Shown here: positions 9,008-18,371 of the stretch, piece by piece
How positions within the stretch are numbered: the stretch's first letter is position 1
How the letters are laid out: every line of letters begins with the position of its first letter
Origin: a virus
Lineage: Duplodnaviria > Caudoviricetes
Length of the DNA: 64,000 nt
Reading direction: 5' to 3' (one strand)
Virus record (IMG/VR): IMGVR_UViG_3300006226_001703
Span: 22,583-86,582 of that record
Position numbers and translations under genes: made by a program
Notes under the pieces: generated by a model
The model's input: only the letters and a program-made list of their open reading frames with translations
Databases searched by the model: none
What the model was told of the DNA's origin: nothing

Positions 9008-9711
9008 TATTCATCCCCATGTTCGTATGGATTTTTACTTGACACACCTGATGCTTGAGCTTCTGCTCTAGTGTTTGCACTTAATGTGTTTAGCACAAAT
9101 GAAAAACGTTCCCATCCAGTCATTAAGTGGTTAATTGTGTTGTACTTGTTTTCAGCAATAATAACATTAGCTTTTAATCTCGCTAAATCTGCCATCCATT
9201 GTTTTCTAACATACATCTCAATCTCACGAGCAGCTGTAAAGTTGGCACTCTTACCCAATGAAACTTGTTGCTGTTTAACTTCAACATATTTCTGTGCATA
9301 AAAGTTTTCATACTTTTCTTCTGCTATAGATTTTTGAATTCTACATTCTTGATGCAAAGTTATTAAGCCAAATAATACGCTTTCATATTGCATTAGTGAC
9401 TGATTCAATGCATAAAAAGTTGGCTCAGAACTTCCACCAAAGAGTAAGTTTTGATTCATCAACTCAATCTGTTTTTGAACAAACTTAACAAGCTCTTCCT
9501 CTGCCTCTTGATAAGTCAATTCAGTTGCAATTTCTGGCGTTGTGTAAGTGCCATCTTTTGTCATAATAAAATTGACTTCACCTCGTTCAGTGTTGTCTTC
9601 AATTTGTTTGCCCAATTCATTAAGCCCGCGCTCATATTGATTATGCTCTTCAACCGATGCAGGCGGATGCTCGTTTTCAACTGGTTTTCTTCTAACTACT
9701 TTTTCAGACAT
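9007..9711 (-). CDS. Coiled-coil protein, possible UvsY-like recombination mediator
   Basis: All-helical C-terminal half (YAQKY...EIEMYVR...YNTINHLMTGWERFSFVLNT) resembles the UvsY-family layout. Confidence 0.35.
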   Translation of the reverse strand: MSEKVVRRKPVENEHPPASVEEHNQYERGLNELGKQIEDNTERGEVNFIMTKDGTYTTPEIATELTYQEAEEELVKFVQKQIELMNQNLLFGGSSEPTFYALNQSLMQYESVLFGLITLHQECRIQKSIAEEKYENFYAQKYVEVKQQQVSLGKSANFTAAREIEMYVRKQWMADLARLKANVIIAENKYNTINHLMTGWERFSFVLNTLSANTRAEAQASGVSSKNPYEHGDE

Positions 9712-10081
9712 CAGCTAATTCTTTTTCCTTTGCTTTTTCTTCTTTCGTCATCTGCTTTTCAAGTTCACGCTCTCGTTTCTCATCAACTTTAATAGCAGCA
9801 TTCATATATGCTTCCATTTGTTTAGCAGATCTTTCCTCTTTGAAATAAAGCCGACATTTACAGAAGCCCTCACTGTCTCGATTTTTGAACTGCTCACACA
9901 TACAGCGGTTAACTTCTAAATTACCTTCACGAGAGGGACAATAACCATTGTTGTCTTTCACTCGCTGATAGAGTTCGGCCCGCTTTTCTTGGTCGGAGTT
10001 CATAAAAATCTTGTACTTTGCTTCGATTTCTGTAGTTTCATACTTGTAAAAATTGTCAGCATTAATCTTTTTCTTTGGCAT
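9704..10081 (-). CDS. Ferredoxin-thioredoxin reductase catalytic-subunit-like Fe-S protein
   Basis: NGYCPSR...RCMC.QF...GFCKCRLY matches the CPC/CxC/CHC pattern, with the first CPC changed to CPS. Confidence 0.75.
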   Translation of the reverse strand: MPKKKINADNFYKYETTEIEAKYKIFMNSDQEKRAELYQRVKDNNGYCPSREGNLEVNRCMCEQFKNRDSEGFCKCRLYFKEERSAKQMEAYMNAAIKVDEKRERELEKQMTKEEKAKEKELADV

Positions 10082-10091
10082 ATTATCTCTC

Positions 10092-10475
10092 CTACCTTGT
10101 TATTAGATTAACTATTGGCTCATACAAGCCACCAGTGAATTGTAACGCAAATATGATTCCACCAAACATTGTAGTAGCCACAACATTATAGTTTGAGACT
10201 TGAACTTTATGTGGATTATTTCCAGCATAGACATGATAACAGAGACTGATAAAAGTTAGAATATGCAGAATGTTCATCTGCCAGCAGAATGCGTTGAAGT
10301 CAGAATCAACTGACATCACGATCATCGCAACAATCCAAATAATCGTTGACAATGATGTCCAATACGGAGAACCTCCGGGCTTCATTTGCCGTCCATGTTT
10401 TGCTGCTGAAACTAATATGCCCTTCAAAAGCATAAAACCAAAATAGATACTAAAAATGAGCTGAAGCGTAGTCAT
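10092..10475 (-). CDS. Membrane protein (about 4 TM helices)
   Basis: Four hydrophobic segments; strong SD aggagg. Confidence 0.7.
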   Translation of the reverse strand: MTTLQLIFSIYFGFMLLKGILVSAAKHGRQMKPGGSPYWTSLSTIIWIVAMIVMSVDSDFNAFCWQMNILHILTFISLCYHVYAGNNPHKVQVSNYNVVATTMFGGIIFALQFTGGLYEPIVNLITR

Positions 10476-10490
10476 TTATTTCCTCCTATT

Positions 10491-10500
10491 TAAATTAACT
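10491..10500 (-). promoter_or_regulatory. Class II motif AGTTAATTTA
   Basis: Recurrent AGTTAAT[ATC]TA upstream of minus-strand starts. Confidence 0.55.
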
Positions 10501-10502
10501 TT

Positions 10503-10520
10503 GGGCTGCCGAAGCAGCCC
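10503..10520 (-). terminator. Hairpin GGGCTGC-TTCG-GCAGCCC (cUUCGg tetraloop on minus strand)
   Basis: Perfect 7-bp stem downstream of ORF 10545; weak U-tract. Confidence 0.55.
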
Positions 10521-10544
10521 TAATTATTTCCGTTTAATTCTCAA

Positions 10545-10808
10545 TTATGCAAGAAGGTCCCTTTCCTTGCCATTAGTCTTCTCAATGGCAGCCTGGATGG
10601 TACCGGGGAACGCCGTCATAAAATGAGTTGCGGCGTTAAAAGCGTTTTCTCTCCGCTTTCCCTTGATTACGACATCAAGAATCTGGTCATTATCTGACCG
10701 GAGAATTGATGCCTCAGTAGCGAGGCCAAAAGGCAAAGTGCGAATTGCGTTATGCATATCCGTGAAGCCATTCTGTGGCCTGTCAATCTTAATAGTTACT
10801 GTAGTCAT
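10545..10808 (-). CDS. Hypothetical early protein (start revised to 10808)
   Basis: The ORF-track N-terminus overlaps a conserved promoter; SD agggag precedes ATG at 10808 (MTTVTIKID); GC-richer codons. Confidence 0.6.
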   Translation of the reverse strand: MTTVTIKIDRPQNGFTDMHNAIRTLPFGLATEASILRSDNDQILDVVIKGKRRENAFNAATHFMTAFPGTIQAAIEKTNGKERDLLA

Positions 10809-10833
10809 ATCTTGTCTCCCTTTAACTTGATAA

Positions 10834-10867
10834 TAATATATAAGATGGGCAGAAATAGTGTTCAAAA
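10834..10867 (-). promoter_or_regulatory. Class I (sigma70-like, early) promoter TTTTGAACA-N14-CTTATATATTA
   Basis: Same bipartite motif and spacing at 22731-22764 and 44393-44426. Confidence 0.75.
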
Positions 10868-10878
10868 TCTAAGTTTGT

Positions 10879-10886
10879 ACTAAATA
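10879..10886 (+). promoter_or_regulatory. Class III (late-type) motif ACTAAATA
   Basis: Upstream of the plus-strand operon starting at 10922. Confidence 0.45.
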
Positions 10887-10921
10887 ATAAGAAACAGCAA
10901 TATGTTAAAGGAGATGCAAAT

Positions 10922-11530
10922 ATGCTTGCTACCAGTTTTTCAGCGAAGTTCTGGAAAGACAAATTTCAATCAAAATTCGTAAACTTTTGTAAGAAGTCAC
11001 CCGTACTACTCTCTATGATTATGAAAATTCAAGGGGGAGAAGAAGGTGTTCTAATTACACATGTCAACTCAAACTCTAAATACTTTTTTCCATTTAACTA
11101 TGACCAAGACCCGAAAGACTTCATAGCTGATATTAAGAAATTATTGGTGGAAAAACACTACCCAAGAATAATGGAAGAGATTTTAGATAAACATCAATTC
11201 TCTACTGATGAATTAGCCCTCAAAGTTGAAAAGGGAGAATCATTAGACAACCTTGCTAAATATGAAATGAGAGTTGTGGGAACTAGAATGTATCGAATTG
11301 ATAAGATTCTAGCTTGGAAAAATATCGCCATTTTAACTTTGGAAGAAAGTTCTTTTGATGAGGATAAACTTAACTCAAATTATAGATATAAATATAATGG
11401 CGGAAGTTTAGTGATATTTTTGAAGAATTATAGAAGTGGAAAGTTTAAGTCACTTGAAAGTGCGTCTGAACATTTCTTGTCAAATAGTTTATTGATAGAT
11501 GAAATTGTTAAAAAAGGAGAAGACGATTAA
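10922..11530 (+). CDS. Hypothetical protein
   Basis: 202-aa ORF, SD aggag. Confidence 0.65.
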   Translation: MLATSFSAKFWKDKFQSKFVNFCKKSPVLLSMIMKIQGGEEGVLITHVNSNSKYFFPFNYDQDPKDFIADIKKLLVEKHYPRIMEEILDKHQFSTDELALKVEKGESLDNLAKYEMRVVGTRMYRIDKILAWKNIAILTLEESSFDEDKLNSNYRYKYNGGSLVIFLKNYRSGKFKSLESASEHFLSNSLLIDEIVKKGEDD

Positions 11531-11814
11531 TGCCAGTTCTTAAAGTTAAAGACCCATACTTAATTGTTCTTGATGAACATACTGATGATAATTGGGTTTT
11601 TCAAACTAAAACAGATACACAAGGTGGATGTTGTTGGCATGCTTATATGCATAAAGATGAAGACAAATTTTCAGGCTGGTCAAGAAGAGTTGACTGTAAT
11701 ATGAGACCTGGCTACATTAGAATTATTGCAACAAAAGAAAATTATGAAGATAGCAACCAAATAATTTATACATTATTTGAAAATACGATTAAAAAAGGAT
11801 ATCATAAATTATGA
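11530..11814 (+). CDS. Hypothetical protein
   Basis: 94-aa ORF, translationally coupled. Confidence 0.55.
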   Translation: MPVLKVKDPYLIVLDEHTDDNWVFQTKTDTQGGCCWHAYMHKDEDKFSGWSRRVDCNMRPGYIRIIATKENYEDSNQIIYTLFENTIKKGYHKL

Positions 11815-12140
11815 AAATCTTTATATCACAGGGGATGAAAGATAAGACCCCAGAAGAAATTAAAACAGAAATAAATAAAGGAATTGACTACATTAAAAGT
11901 CTCTTTCCAGAAGATAATGTCGAAATACTTAGTACTTACTTTGAAGATTTTGAACCAGAAGCAGCAAAAGGAAGTCCACAATATCGAATTGCTTTCTTAG
12001 GTAAATCAGTTATTGAAGGACTTGCTAAATGTCACATTGCTTTATTCTTAGGTGAATGGGAACAATTTATTGGTTGTCAATGTGAACATTTTATTGCTCA
12101 AAGATATGGAATCCCAATATTCTTTTTTAAGGATTTGTAG
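11811..12140 (+). CDS. DUF4406-like / nucleoside deoxyribosyltransferase-fold protein
   Basis: MKIFISQGMKDKT.EEI...LGKS...GEWEQFIGCQCEHFIAQRYGIP matches the IFISxPM...WxxSxGCxxE family pattern. Confidence 0.7.
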   Translation: MKIFISQGMKDKTPEEIKTEINKGIDYIKSLFPEDNVEILSTYFEDFEPEAAKGSPQYRIAFLGKSVIEGLAKCHIALFLGEWEQFIGCQCEHFIAQRYGIPIFFFKDL

Positions 12141-13533
12141 GAGCTTGTTCTTCAGGTAAAGCTGACACATCAAAATAAGCACCATTAAATAGTCCCTTGG
12201 CAGTTTTACCAATTCTTCCATTACTTATTTTAACAGCTTGAACTTCAATGATATCTAACAGTGTATCATATTGGTCAGGCTGTAAATAAAGTTCAGCATA
12301 CATTTTTTCTCTAAAAGTCGTTAACACATATCTTGATCTTTCAACCCAAGCAGATGCATTTTTGATCTGTGCTCTATTTGGACGAAATCGTTGCAAATCT
12401 TTTACATCATGACATTTAACATCTGATTCAGTTGTTCTATTTAATTGTAATACACCAATTATATGTACACCAAGTTCTTTTGCTATTGCAGATAATTTGT
12501 TCATTCCCAATTCGACACTTTGAGCGAAATTAGTACCACCAGAAACTTTAGTGAAGTCAGAAACCATCGATAACAAGTCAAGAACAACTATACAGTAACG
12601 TTGTCCCATTTCAGACTGGAATTTCTTGATATATTTTCTTAATTCATTTAAAGTCATGCTTGCATCTTCTGAGAATCTAAAAGTCTTATTTTTAGATAAA
12701 TGTAATTTTTCTTTTTCAAGCATATCACATATATCTTCAAATTGCCCTTGCTCTCTTGGGTTTATAATATCAGAATAAAGAATCTCTAATCTCTTGGACA
12801 TTAATCTATCCATTGTTGCAATTGATGACATCTCTAAACTGAAATACATGCTTGGAATTTGAGCTTCAATTAATGAGTTGATTAAGTTTAATGAGAGTGT
12901 GCTTTTACCAGAACCGGATGATGAAGCAATTATTCCAATTTCTCCAGGTCGAGGTCCATCAGGAATAAGCTCGTCAAATATGAAATTATAGAAATAGAAT
13001 TGTTTTCCTTTTTTACGAAGGTTTAATTCCTTATTATATTGTTCTGCCCATTCTTCAAAGTCCATAACTTTTTTAATTGAATGGTCTTCCAAAAATAATT
13101 CTTCTTCACCAGCTCCAATTAAATCTTTAATATCAATTATGTTATGTTCATTTAAGTGAGTTTGTTCTTCTATTTTTAGTGCTGCTGCTTTTAAGTTGGC
13201 TGCTGCTTTTCTTCTCTTTTTAGCATCCTGTAATTGTTTTACGATATCTTTTATTGATGTTAGAGGTTGATTTTGTTTTGCTGTAATTATATCAATAACA
13301 TTAGGTGAGCCATCTATATCTATTTTCGCATATTCTTGTAATAATGCATCTCTTGTGAAAGGAATTGAATGCTCTTTTAGATATTGAACTGCTTTATAAA
13401 CGTTACGAGTTGCTGATGAAGAAAAAATCCCATCATCAATACTTGGGTCCTCTAAAAACTCAGGCTGATAAAATAACGTCTGTAAAAGCCTTCTCTCTGT
13501 AAAATTATCTACATCTGATTTCTTTTCTGCCAT
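12127..13533 (-). CDS. dnaB: Replicative DNA helicase, DnaB family
   Basis: GEIGIIASSSGSGKST Walker A, YFSLEMS, VVLDLLSMV, LQLNR, IKNASAW. Confidence 0.92.
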   Translation of the reverse strand: MAEKKSDVDNFTERRLLQTLFYQPEFLEDPSIDDGIFSSSATRNVYKAVQYLKEHSIPFTRDALLQEYAKIDIDGSPNVIDIITAKQNQPLTSIKDIVKQLQDAKKRRKAAANLKAAALKIEEQTHLNEHNIIDIKDLIGAGEEELFLEDHSIKKVMDFEEWAEQYNKELNLRKKGKQFYFYNFIFDELIPDGPRPGEIGIIASSSGSGKSTLSLNLINSLIEAQIPSMYFSLEMSSIATMDRLMSKRLEILYSDIINPREQGQFEDICDMLEKEKLHLSKNKTFRFSEDASMTLNELRKYIKKFQSEMGQRYCIVVLDLLSMVSDFTKVSGGTNFAQSVELGMNKLSAIAKELGVHIIGVLQLNRTTESDVKCHDVKDLQRFRPNRAQIKNASAWVERSRYVLTTFREKMYAELYLQPDQYDTLLDIIEVQAVKISNGRIGKTAKGLFNGAYFDVSALPEEQAPTNP

Positions 13534-14306
13534 TAAAATAATTCCTCTGGGATATCATTAACTATATCTGTAAATACAAATTCGGTGTTTCTCTTTTTGA
13601 TTTTATCACTAATCAAATCTTTTAAGTTGTTTGGCAATGTTGTATATGAATTTAATGAACAAAAAATGATTCCCTTATTATTTAATATTCTTTCTTTTAG
13701 AAATCTTTCAAATAATCCCAACTGTTTATCAGAATAAAGTGTGTACTTTCCATTTGTGTTTATATTAAAATTTCCAATTATCAATAAGTCACAATTACTA
13801 TATTTATCAATAATATAGTTTATCTCTGGGTCAGCATTTTTTGAGCCATCTGGATTCCATAAACTATGAATGAACTTATCAAATAATGTAGAAAAATCTA
13901 CAAAATGTACTTCATATTTTCTAATAAGTTTATTACCAATCCAATTTACTGTCTCTTTTATTTGTGTGTCAGGCGGGCCATAAAAGAATAATAATGATGC
14001 TCTAACTTTTTCATCTTCAAAAAAGTTATCAATATATTTACTTAATCTTGTTATGTTTCCAATTGATTTAACACCAACATAATCTCCATTAGAAAGATTT
14101 ATATCAAACATATCTGGGTCAAAACCATTTCTAACAAAATTATTTATTGCTTCAGTTTCTAATCTCCAATTTTTATGACAAAGACATTCTTTCACAATGG
14201 GATATTCGACGCCATTTCTTACTTCTATTGATTTGTAAAATCCAGGAGGAGAAGTCTTACTCTGTTTAGATTTACATCTATTACATTGCTTATATTCTTT
14301 TTTCAT
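13533..14306 (-). CDS. DnaC/IstB-like helicase loader with degenerate Walker A
   Basis: N-terminal CxxC...CxC; LFFYGPPDTQIKE in place of GxxGxGKT; CDLLII strand; adjacent to dnaB. Confidence 0.55.
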   Translation of the reverse strand: MKKEYKQCNRCKSKQSKTSPPGFYKSIEVRNGVEYPIVKECLCHKNWRLETEAINNFVRNGFDPDMFDINLSNGDYVGVKSIGNITRLSKYIDNFFEDEKVRASLLFFYGPPDTQIKETVNWIGNKLIRKYEVHFVDFSTLFDKFIHSLWNPDGSKNADPEINYIIDKYSNCDLLIIGNFNINTNGKYTLYSDKQLGLFERFLKERILNNKGIIFCSLNSYTTLPNNLKDLISDKIKKRNTEFVFTDIVNDIPEELF

Positions 14307-14311
14307 AAGTT

Positions 14312-14321
14312 TAAATTAACT
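14312..14321 (-). promoter_or_regulatory. Class II motif AGTTAATTTA, 5 nt before ATG
   Basis: agttaattta-aactt-ATG, no SD. Confidence 0.6.
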
Positions 14322-14493
14322 ATTCAGCTTCTTTAGTTTTTGGCCAAGGACCATCTAGTTTGAAAGGTGGCGTTATAGTATGTTCTCCAATTTTAATAGA
14401 CGCATTTCCAGTGTCATGATCATAAATGAATGAAATACCTTCATCCATAATATGAAACATTAACTTTTTAGCATCCTCAGCTGTAAACTTCAT
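14320..14493 (-). CDS. Small hypothetical protein (57 aa, not in ORF track)
   Basis: MKFTAEDAKKLMFHIMDEGISFIYDHDTGNASIKIGEHTITPPFKLDGPWPKTKEAE fills the gap. Confidence 0.5.
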   Translation of the reverse strand: MKFTAEDAKKLMFHIMDEGISFIYDHDTGNASIKIGEHTITPPFKLDGPWPKTKEAE

Positions 14494-14683
14494 CTTGTCT
14501 TTCTTCCTTTTTAGTTTTCTTTTCTAAAAGGCGCCAATTTATTTTACGAGATATGTTTTCAGCCATTCTCATGTAATACTCTTGTTCAATTTTGGGCGCA
14601 TCAGCTCGTGTACCATATTTAACATGCCTATCATATTCTTTCTTTAGGCCCAATGCTTCTCTTGTGTCCTTGTCAATTTTCAT
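14477..14683 (-). CDS. Hypothetical protein
   Basis: 68 aa, SD gaggag, class II-like motif at 14699-14707. Confidence 0.55.
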   Translation of the reverse strand: MKIDKDTREALGLKKEYDRHVKYGTRADAPKIEQEYYMRMAENISRKINWRLLEKKTKKEERQDEVYS

Positions 14684-14702
14684 ATTATCTCCTCTTGATA
14701 TA

Positions 14703-16451
14703 TTAACGAGTTCCGAAGCCGATAGTTATCTGCTTTTCTAAAGAATTCTCGTCTTCACAATACTTTCTGATAGTTTCCATATCATAATTATTACCATATA
14801 GAATCTCATTTACTTCTTTCTTTCTAAAGATGTTTTCTATTTGAGCACCAGTAAACTCATCATATTTTTTAGCCAGTTCTCTTGCATCATCTTCTTCAAG
14901 TTTAAGCATGTGCTGCCAAATCTTAGTTCTGTTTTCCAAGTTTGGTTTTTCAAATTCAATTTTATATAGGAATCTACGTTCAAATGCAGAATCCATATTT
15001 TCAGTTAAGTTTGTTGTTGCAATTAAGATGCCTTCAAATGTTTCTAATTCATCTAATATAATATTTTGTGTCGCATTGATGGAGGTAATAATAGCTCCGT
15101 TATTACCAGTAACATCCAATCTTTTACCAATGATAGCATCAGCTTCGTTGAGTAAAAGAATAGGCTCAATCTTTGCCTCTTGGAGAGCTGATTTGTAATT
15201 GCTAAATACTGCTTTAATGTTCTTCTCATCTTCACCCCACCACTTACTTCTAATTGAAGACATATCAACTTTAATGATATCTCTTCCAGTTTTCTTTGCT
15301 ATTTGATATACAGTTTCAGTTTTACCAGTTCCAGCATATCCGCTAAATAGACAAGCAAATCCTCTTCTAGTTCCAGATGATTTTAGTCTATCATTTATTT
15401 CGTTAAACTTTTCTCGCTCTAATAATGTTGATAATTCATTAATGCTAGCTTCATTATCTTCATTAAAGAATAGTGTTTTTTCTACAATTTTATCAGTTTC
15501 AATTAAGTCTTCTTTTTTCTTTTCTCTAATAACATCTTGTAGATATTTTCGTTTAAATTCTGAGTTTATTTCAACAACATTTTTGTCAGCCTTTCCTGAC
15601 TCATCAATTGCTCTATCAAAAATCTTGTTAGTAAAAAATGGATTATTATCATCATTAAAAAGAAAGTTTATAACATTTTCTCTTTTCTTATCAGCAGCAA
15701 TCCACATGTCAATATATTCTGAATCTCTATGAAAGTGTGGTCTACCTGAAAGAATTAAATGTCCCATTATATAATATGGGAGTTGATATAAATAATCGAA
15801 CCTTTCATTTTCACTAAGTTCATACATAAACTTACAAAACTCATAATGAGAATTTTCATGAAAGATTTTAATTATCTGTAAATTGGCAAGATTTGAAATT
15901 TGGTCAAAGTTATTATAAAGATTAGCAATTTTATCAACTTCAGCAATTACTTGTTTTAACGTTTTTTCTCTTGGCTTTTCTAAATCAGTATCAAATAAAA
16001 TGAATCCTCTTAATCTAGCTGATAATGAAAAACAAATATCACCTTCAGCACTATTTACTTGCAAATAATCCTTATCATATAATTTGAAAAAACTTCTATA
16101 TAAGTCCAACAATATTGAACTATCACCATTAGCTATTTTCTTTGCATAAAAGCCTGGGTTCATTGACTGTTGATATTTACAAATAAAAGGAGTTAACATT
16201 AGATATTCAATATCACTTAATTGTAATACGCTTCTTAATTCAACATTTAAGTGTTGTGTTAACTTTTGAGTCTTTTTTGAAAAACCATTTTTTGCTAAAA
16301 TTTCAAATGTTTTTGCTGCTTCTTTTTGATAATTCTTTTTGTTAGCTTCAGGTCTGATGAGTTCATTATTATGAAACTTAAATGATGTTCTATATTCATC
16401 AGCATCTTCACTCTTACCAAAAATTTCTGCAATTGATCTAGGTCTTGCCAT
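14703..16451 (-). CDS. AAA+ ATPase (classic AAA clade, C-terminal ATPase domain)
   Basis: GYAGTGKT, LLLNEADAIIGKR, IATTNL, DSAFERRF. Confidence 0.9.
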   Translation of the reverse strand: MARPRSIAEIFGKSEDADEYRTSFKFHNNELIRPEANKKNYQKEAAKTFEILAKNGFSKKTQKLTQHLNVELRSVLQLSDIEYLMLTPFICKYQQSMNPGFYAKKIANGDSSILLDLYRSFFKLYDKDYLQVNSAEGDICFSLSARLRGFILFDTDLEKPREKTLKQVIAEVDKIANLYNNFDQISNLANLQIIKIFHENSHYEFCKFMYELSENERFDYLYQLPYYIMGHLILSGRPHFHRDSEYIDMWIAADKKRENVINFLFNDDNNPFFTNKIFDRAIDESGKADKNVVEINSEFKRKYLQDVIREKKKEDLIETDKIVEKTLFFNEDNEASINELSTLLEREKFNEINDRLKSSGTRRGFACLFSGYAGTGKTETVYQIAKKTGRDIIKVDMSSIRSKWWGEDEKNIKAVFSNYKSALQEAKIEPILLLNEADAIIGKRLDVTGNNGAIITSINATQNIILDELETFEGILIATTNLTENMDSAFERRFLYKIEFEKPNLENRTKIWQHMLKLEEDDARELAKKYDEFTGAQIENIFRKKEVNEILYGNNYDMETIRKYCEDENSLEKQITIGFGTR

Positions 16452-16466
16452 ATTATGTTTCCTAAA

Positions 16467-16474
16467 TAATTAGT
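16467..16474 (-). promoter_or_regulatory. Class III motif ACTAATTA
   Basis: Upstream of the AAA ATPase start. Confidence 0.4.
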
Positions 16475-16492
16475 CCCGCATTTCTGCGGGAC
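16473..16492 (-). terminator. Hairpin GTCCCGCA-GAAA-TGCGGGAC after the SSB gene
   Basis: Perfect 8-bp GC-rich stem immediately after the stop codon. Confidence 0.65.
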
Positions 16493-16500
16493 GAAAGTCA

Positions 16501-17850
16501 TTAAATAAAACTTGCTCCACAAACTGGGCAGGATTCCAATGCCTCTGGAGAAGCAATACCACAATCACAAGCTAAAAGATTTGCTGTTTCATCTCCTTCA
16601 GCCCAAATTATGTCTTTCACTTTGTCACCATCGACTTTGATATCTTTAATCAATGCTCTATGAGCTTCAGGTAATTTAGCCCAACCTTTTAATAATGCAA
16701 TTTTCTCATCTGAAAGATGTTGCACTGGACCAACTGCAGTTCTTTTTCTTGGTGCTGCTGTTTCAGTTGCAACTGCTTCATTTATTGCTGTGTTTTCAGC
16801 AGCTGCTTGTGTTTGTTCAGCTTCGGCATTTCCATCACCATAAATGCGTGCCCATTCTTCTTTTTCTTTTGCTGAAAGGCCTTCTAATTCCTCATAAAAC
16901 TTCGTACCAAGATAGGCATCACAAAGTTTGAAAATAGATGGGATTCTTTTTAGAAGCTTAGTGAATGATGTTGGCTGATATAATTTGTCAAGGTCATACT
17001 TTTCATATGCTCTTTCCTCATCAGTGAGTCTACCAATTATGATAAACTTTTCATCTGGAATTGTGCCATCAGCATTTTTAAGTTCAACCATCATATCTTT
17101 ATCTTTGAGGATAGATGCATTCTTAATTTCAAATGGATTTTCCTTATCACCAGTTCTCTTTAATGCGATGTCGAAGTTTTGCAAATCACCATATTTACCA
17201 ACTAGGTCAGCAATTCGTTTCACATAACCAAAAGACTTTAATCCAATTTTTGGCCACACTGTTCCCTTACTATCCACATTGACTTCCCGGCAAAGAATCT
17301 TAGTGTGAGCATTATCTACACACCATGGGTCTTCTCTGTCAATTACGTTTTGTACTGTGAATGTAGTTGATTTGTAACCACCAGCGTAAGAAAATTGCTG
17401 GCCGTCTTCAGGTTTGAAACCGCCCTTAGTTAAGAGCAACCAAAGTTCAGGATGCTTTGATTCGTTGATGTTAACTTTCTTTTTGTTAATCCAAGTTACT
17501 TCAGCAACCTTATCGTAAAGACGATGTAAAATGTGGTTATGTGCTGGAATGTCTTCTCTTAATGGAAGACGAATGGTGAATTTCTTTCCTTCATCATCCT
17601 TAACTTCGCACATCATGATTTGTTTTGGGTCAAAGTTCTTTCTAACATAACCCTGTGTTTCAGCTCCAGGCGGAGCTCCGATAAGCCTCAAAATCTTGTT
17701 TGTTCCAGATTCTAACCCAACATAAGCTATTTCTTCAAATTCTCTTGGGGCAAAATTAGTGTTTGTTGATTTTTTAGAATCCGCTGCTACTTTGTTTGCA
17801 TAGGCTTGGAAGTCAAAAGACTCCAAGTCATTTCCGACTTGTTCACTCAT
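16501..17850 (-). CDS. Single-stranded DNA-binding protein (T4 gp32-like) with C-terminal Zn ribbon
   Basis: N-terminal FAPREFEEIAYVGLE..LRLIG, FDIALKRTG pattern typical of phage SSBs; C-terminal CDC...CPVCG; located near dnaB. Confidence 0.55.
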   Translation of the reverse strand: MSEQVGNDLESFDFQAYANKVAADSKKSTNTNFAPREFEEIAYVGLESGTNKILRLIGAPPGAETQGYVRKNFDPKQIMMCEVKDDEGKKFTIRLPLREDIPAHNHILHRLYDKVAEVTWINKKKVNINESKHPELWLLLTKGGFKPEDGQQFSYAGGYKSTTFTVQNVIDREDPWCVDNAHTKILCREVNVDSKGTVWPKIGLKSFGYVKRIADLVGKYGDLQNFDIALKRTGDKENPFEIKNASILKDKDMMVELKNADGTIPDEKFIIIGRLTDEERAYEKYDLDKLYQPTSFTKLLKRIPSIFKLCDAYLGTKFYEELEGLSAKEKEEWARIYGDGNAEAEQTQAAAENTAINEAVATETAAPRKRTAVGPVQHLSDEKIALLKGWAKLPEAHRALIKDIKVDGDKVKDIIWAEGDETANLLACDCGIASPEALESCPVCGASFI

Positions 17851-17925
17851 AATTTCTCCTTAACACACTCGTGTTTTCTTTTTTATTTGGCTACTATCCT
17901 TCGCCTTAGATATACTAATATCTAT

Positions 17926-17943
17926 TATTTAGTTATATTAACT
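17926..17943 (-). promoter_or_regulatory. Tandem class II (AGTTAATATA) and class III (ACTAAATA) motifs upstream of SSB
   Basis: Minus strand reads agttaatata-actaaata. Confidence 0.55.
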
Positions 17944-18192
17944 GTACTCTTTAGTCTTAATTAAAGCTTCTAAATATCCTAAAAATTGTTCGTCATATTT
18001 TTCTTTAGTTTCATCATTAAATGGATAATCTAAAATGAAAAGAGCTTCTTTATTTAGTCCACTTAAAGTTGCGCCGTTAATCATCGCATCGTAAGATTTT
18101 TGTACATCCTCTCGTTTGCCAATATGATGTACCATTGAATAAGGTGGGGCTTTCTTTTTGTCATGCACGCCCATTATGCTAATATCTTTCAT
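17938..18192 (-). CDS. Hypothetical protein
   Basis: 84 aa; class II motif AGTTAATCTA (18198-18207) 5 nt before ATG. Confidence 0.6.
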   Translation of the reverse strand: MKDISIMGVHDKKKAPPYSMVHHIGKREDVQKSYDAMINGATLSGLNKEALFILDYPFNDETKEKYDEQFLGYLEALIKTKEYS

Positions 18193-18362
18193 ATTTTTAG
18201 ATTAACTTTCAACCTAATATGATCAATAATAATGAAACCTAATAATCCAACTGTAAAAAATACTTGAAATAATGGGAAAATAGATAAATAGAGAAACAAT
18301 GGAACTCCAATACAAATTCCAAAAACGATAGCAGTCATTTTAATAAACTCATTCCAACTCAT
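18189..18362 (-). CDS. Small two-TM membrane protein (57 aa, not in ORF track)
   Basis: MSWNEFIKMTAIVFGICIGVPLFLYLSIFPLFQVFFTVGLLGFIIIDHIRLKVNLKI; ATGA overlap with the next gene. Confidence 0.5.
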   Translation of the reverse strand: MSWNEFIKMTAIVFGICIGVPLFLYLSIFPLFQVFFTVGLLGFIIIDHIRLKVNLKI

Positions 18363-18371
18363 GGATTTATA

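Noticed and set aside
10809-10865. ORF-track N-terminal extension MNTISAHLIYYYQ
   Set aside because: It overlaps the conserved class I promoter, and an SD-led ATG lies at 10808.
12127-13533. Intein or intron in dnaB or other replication genes
   Set aside because: Lengths are normal, with no Cys/Ser...His-Asn splice motifs or frame breaks.
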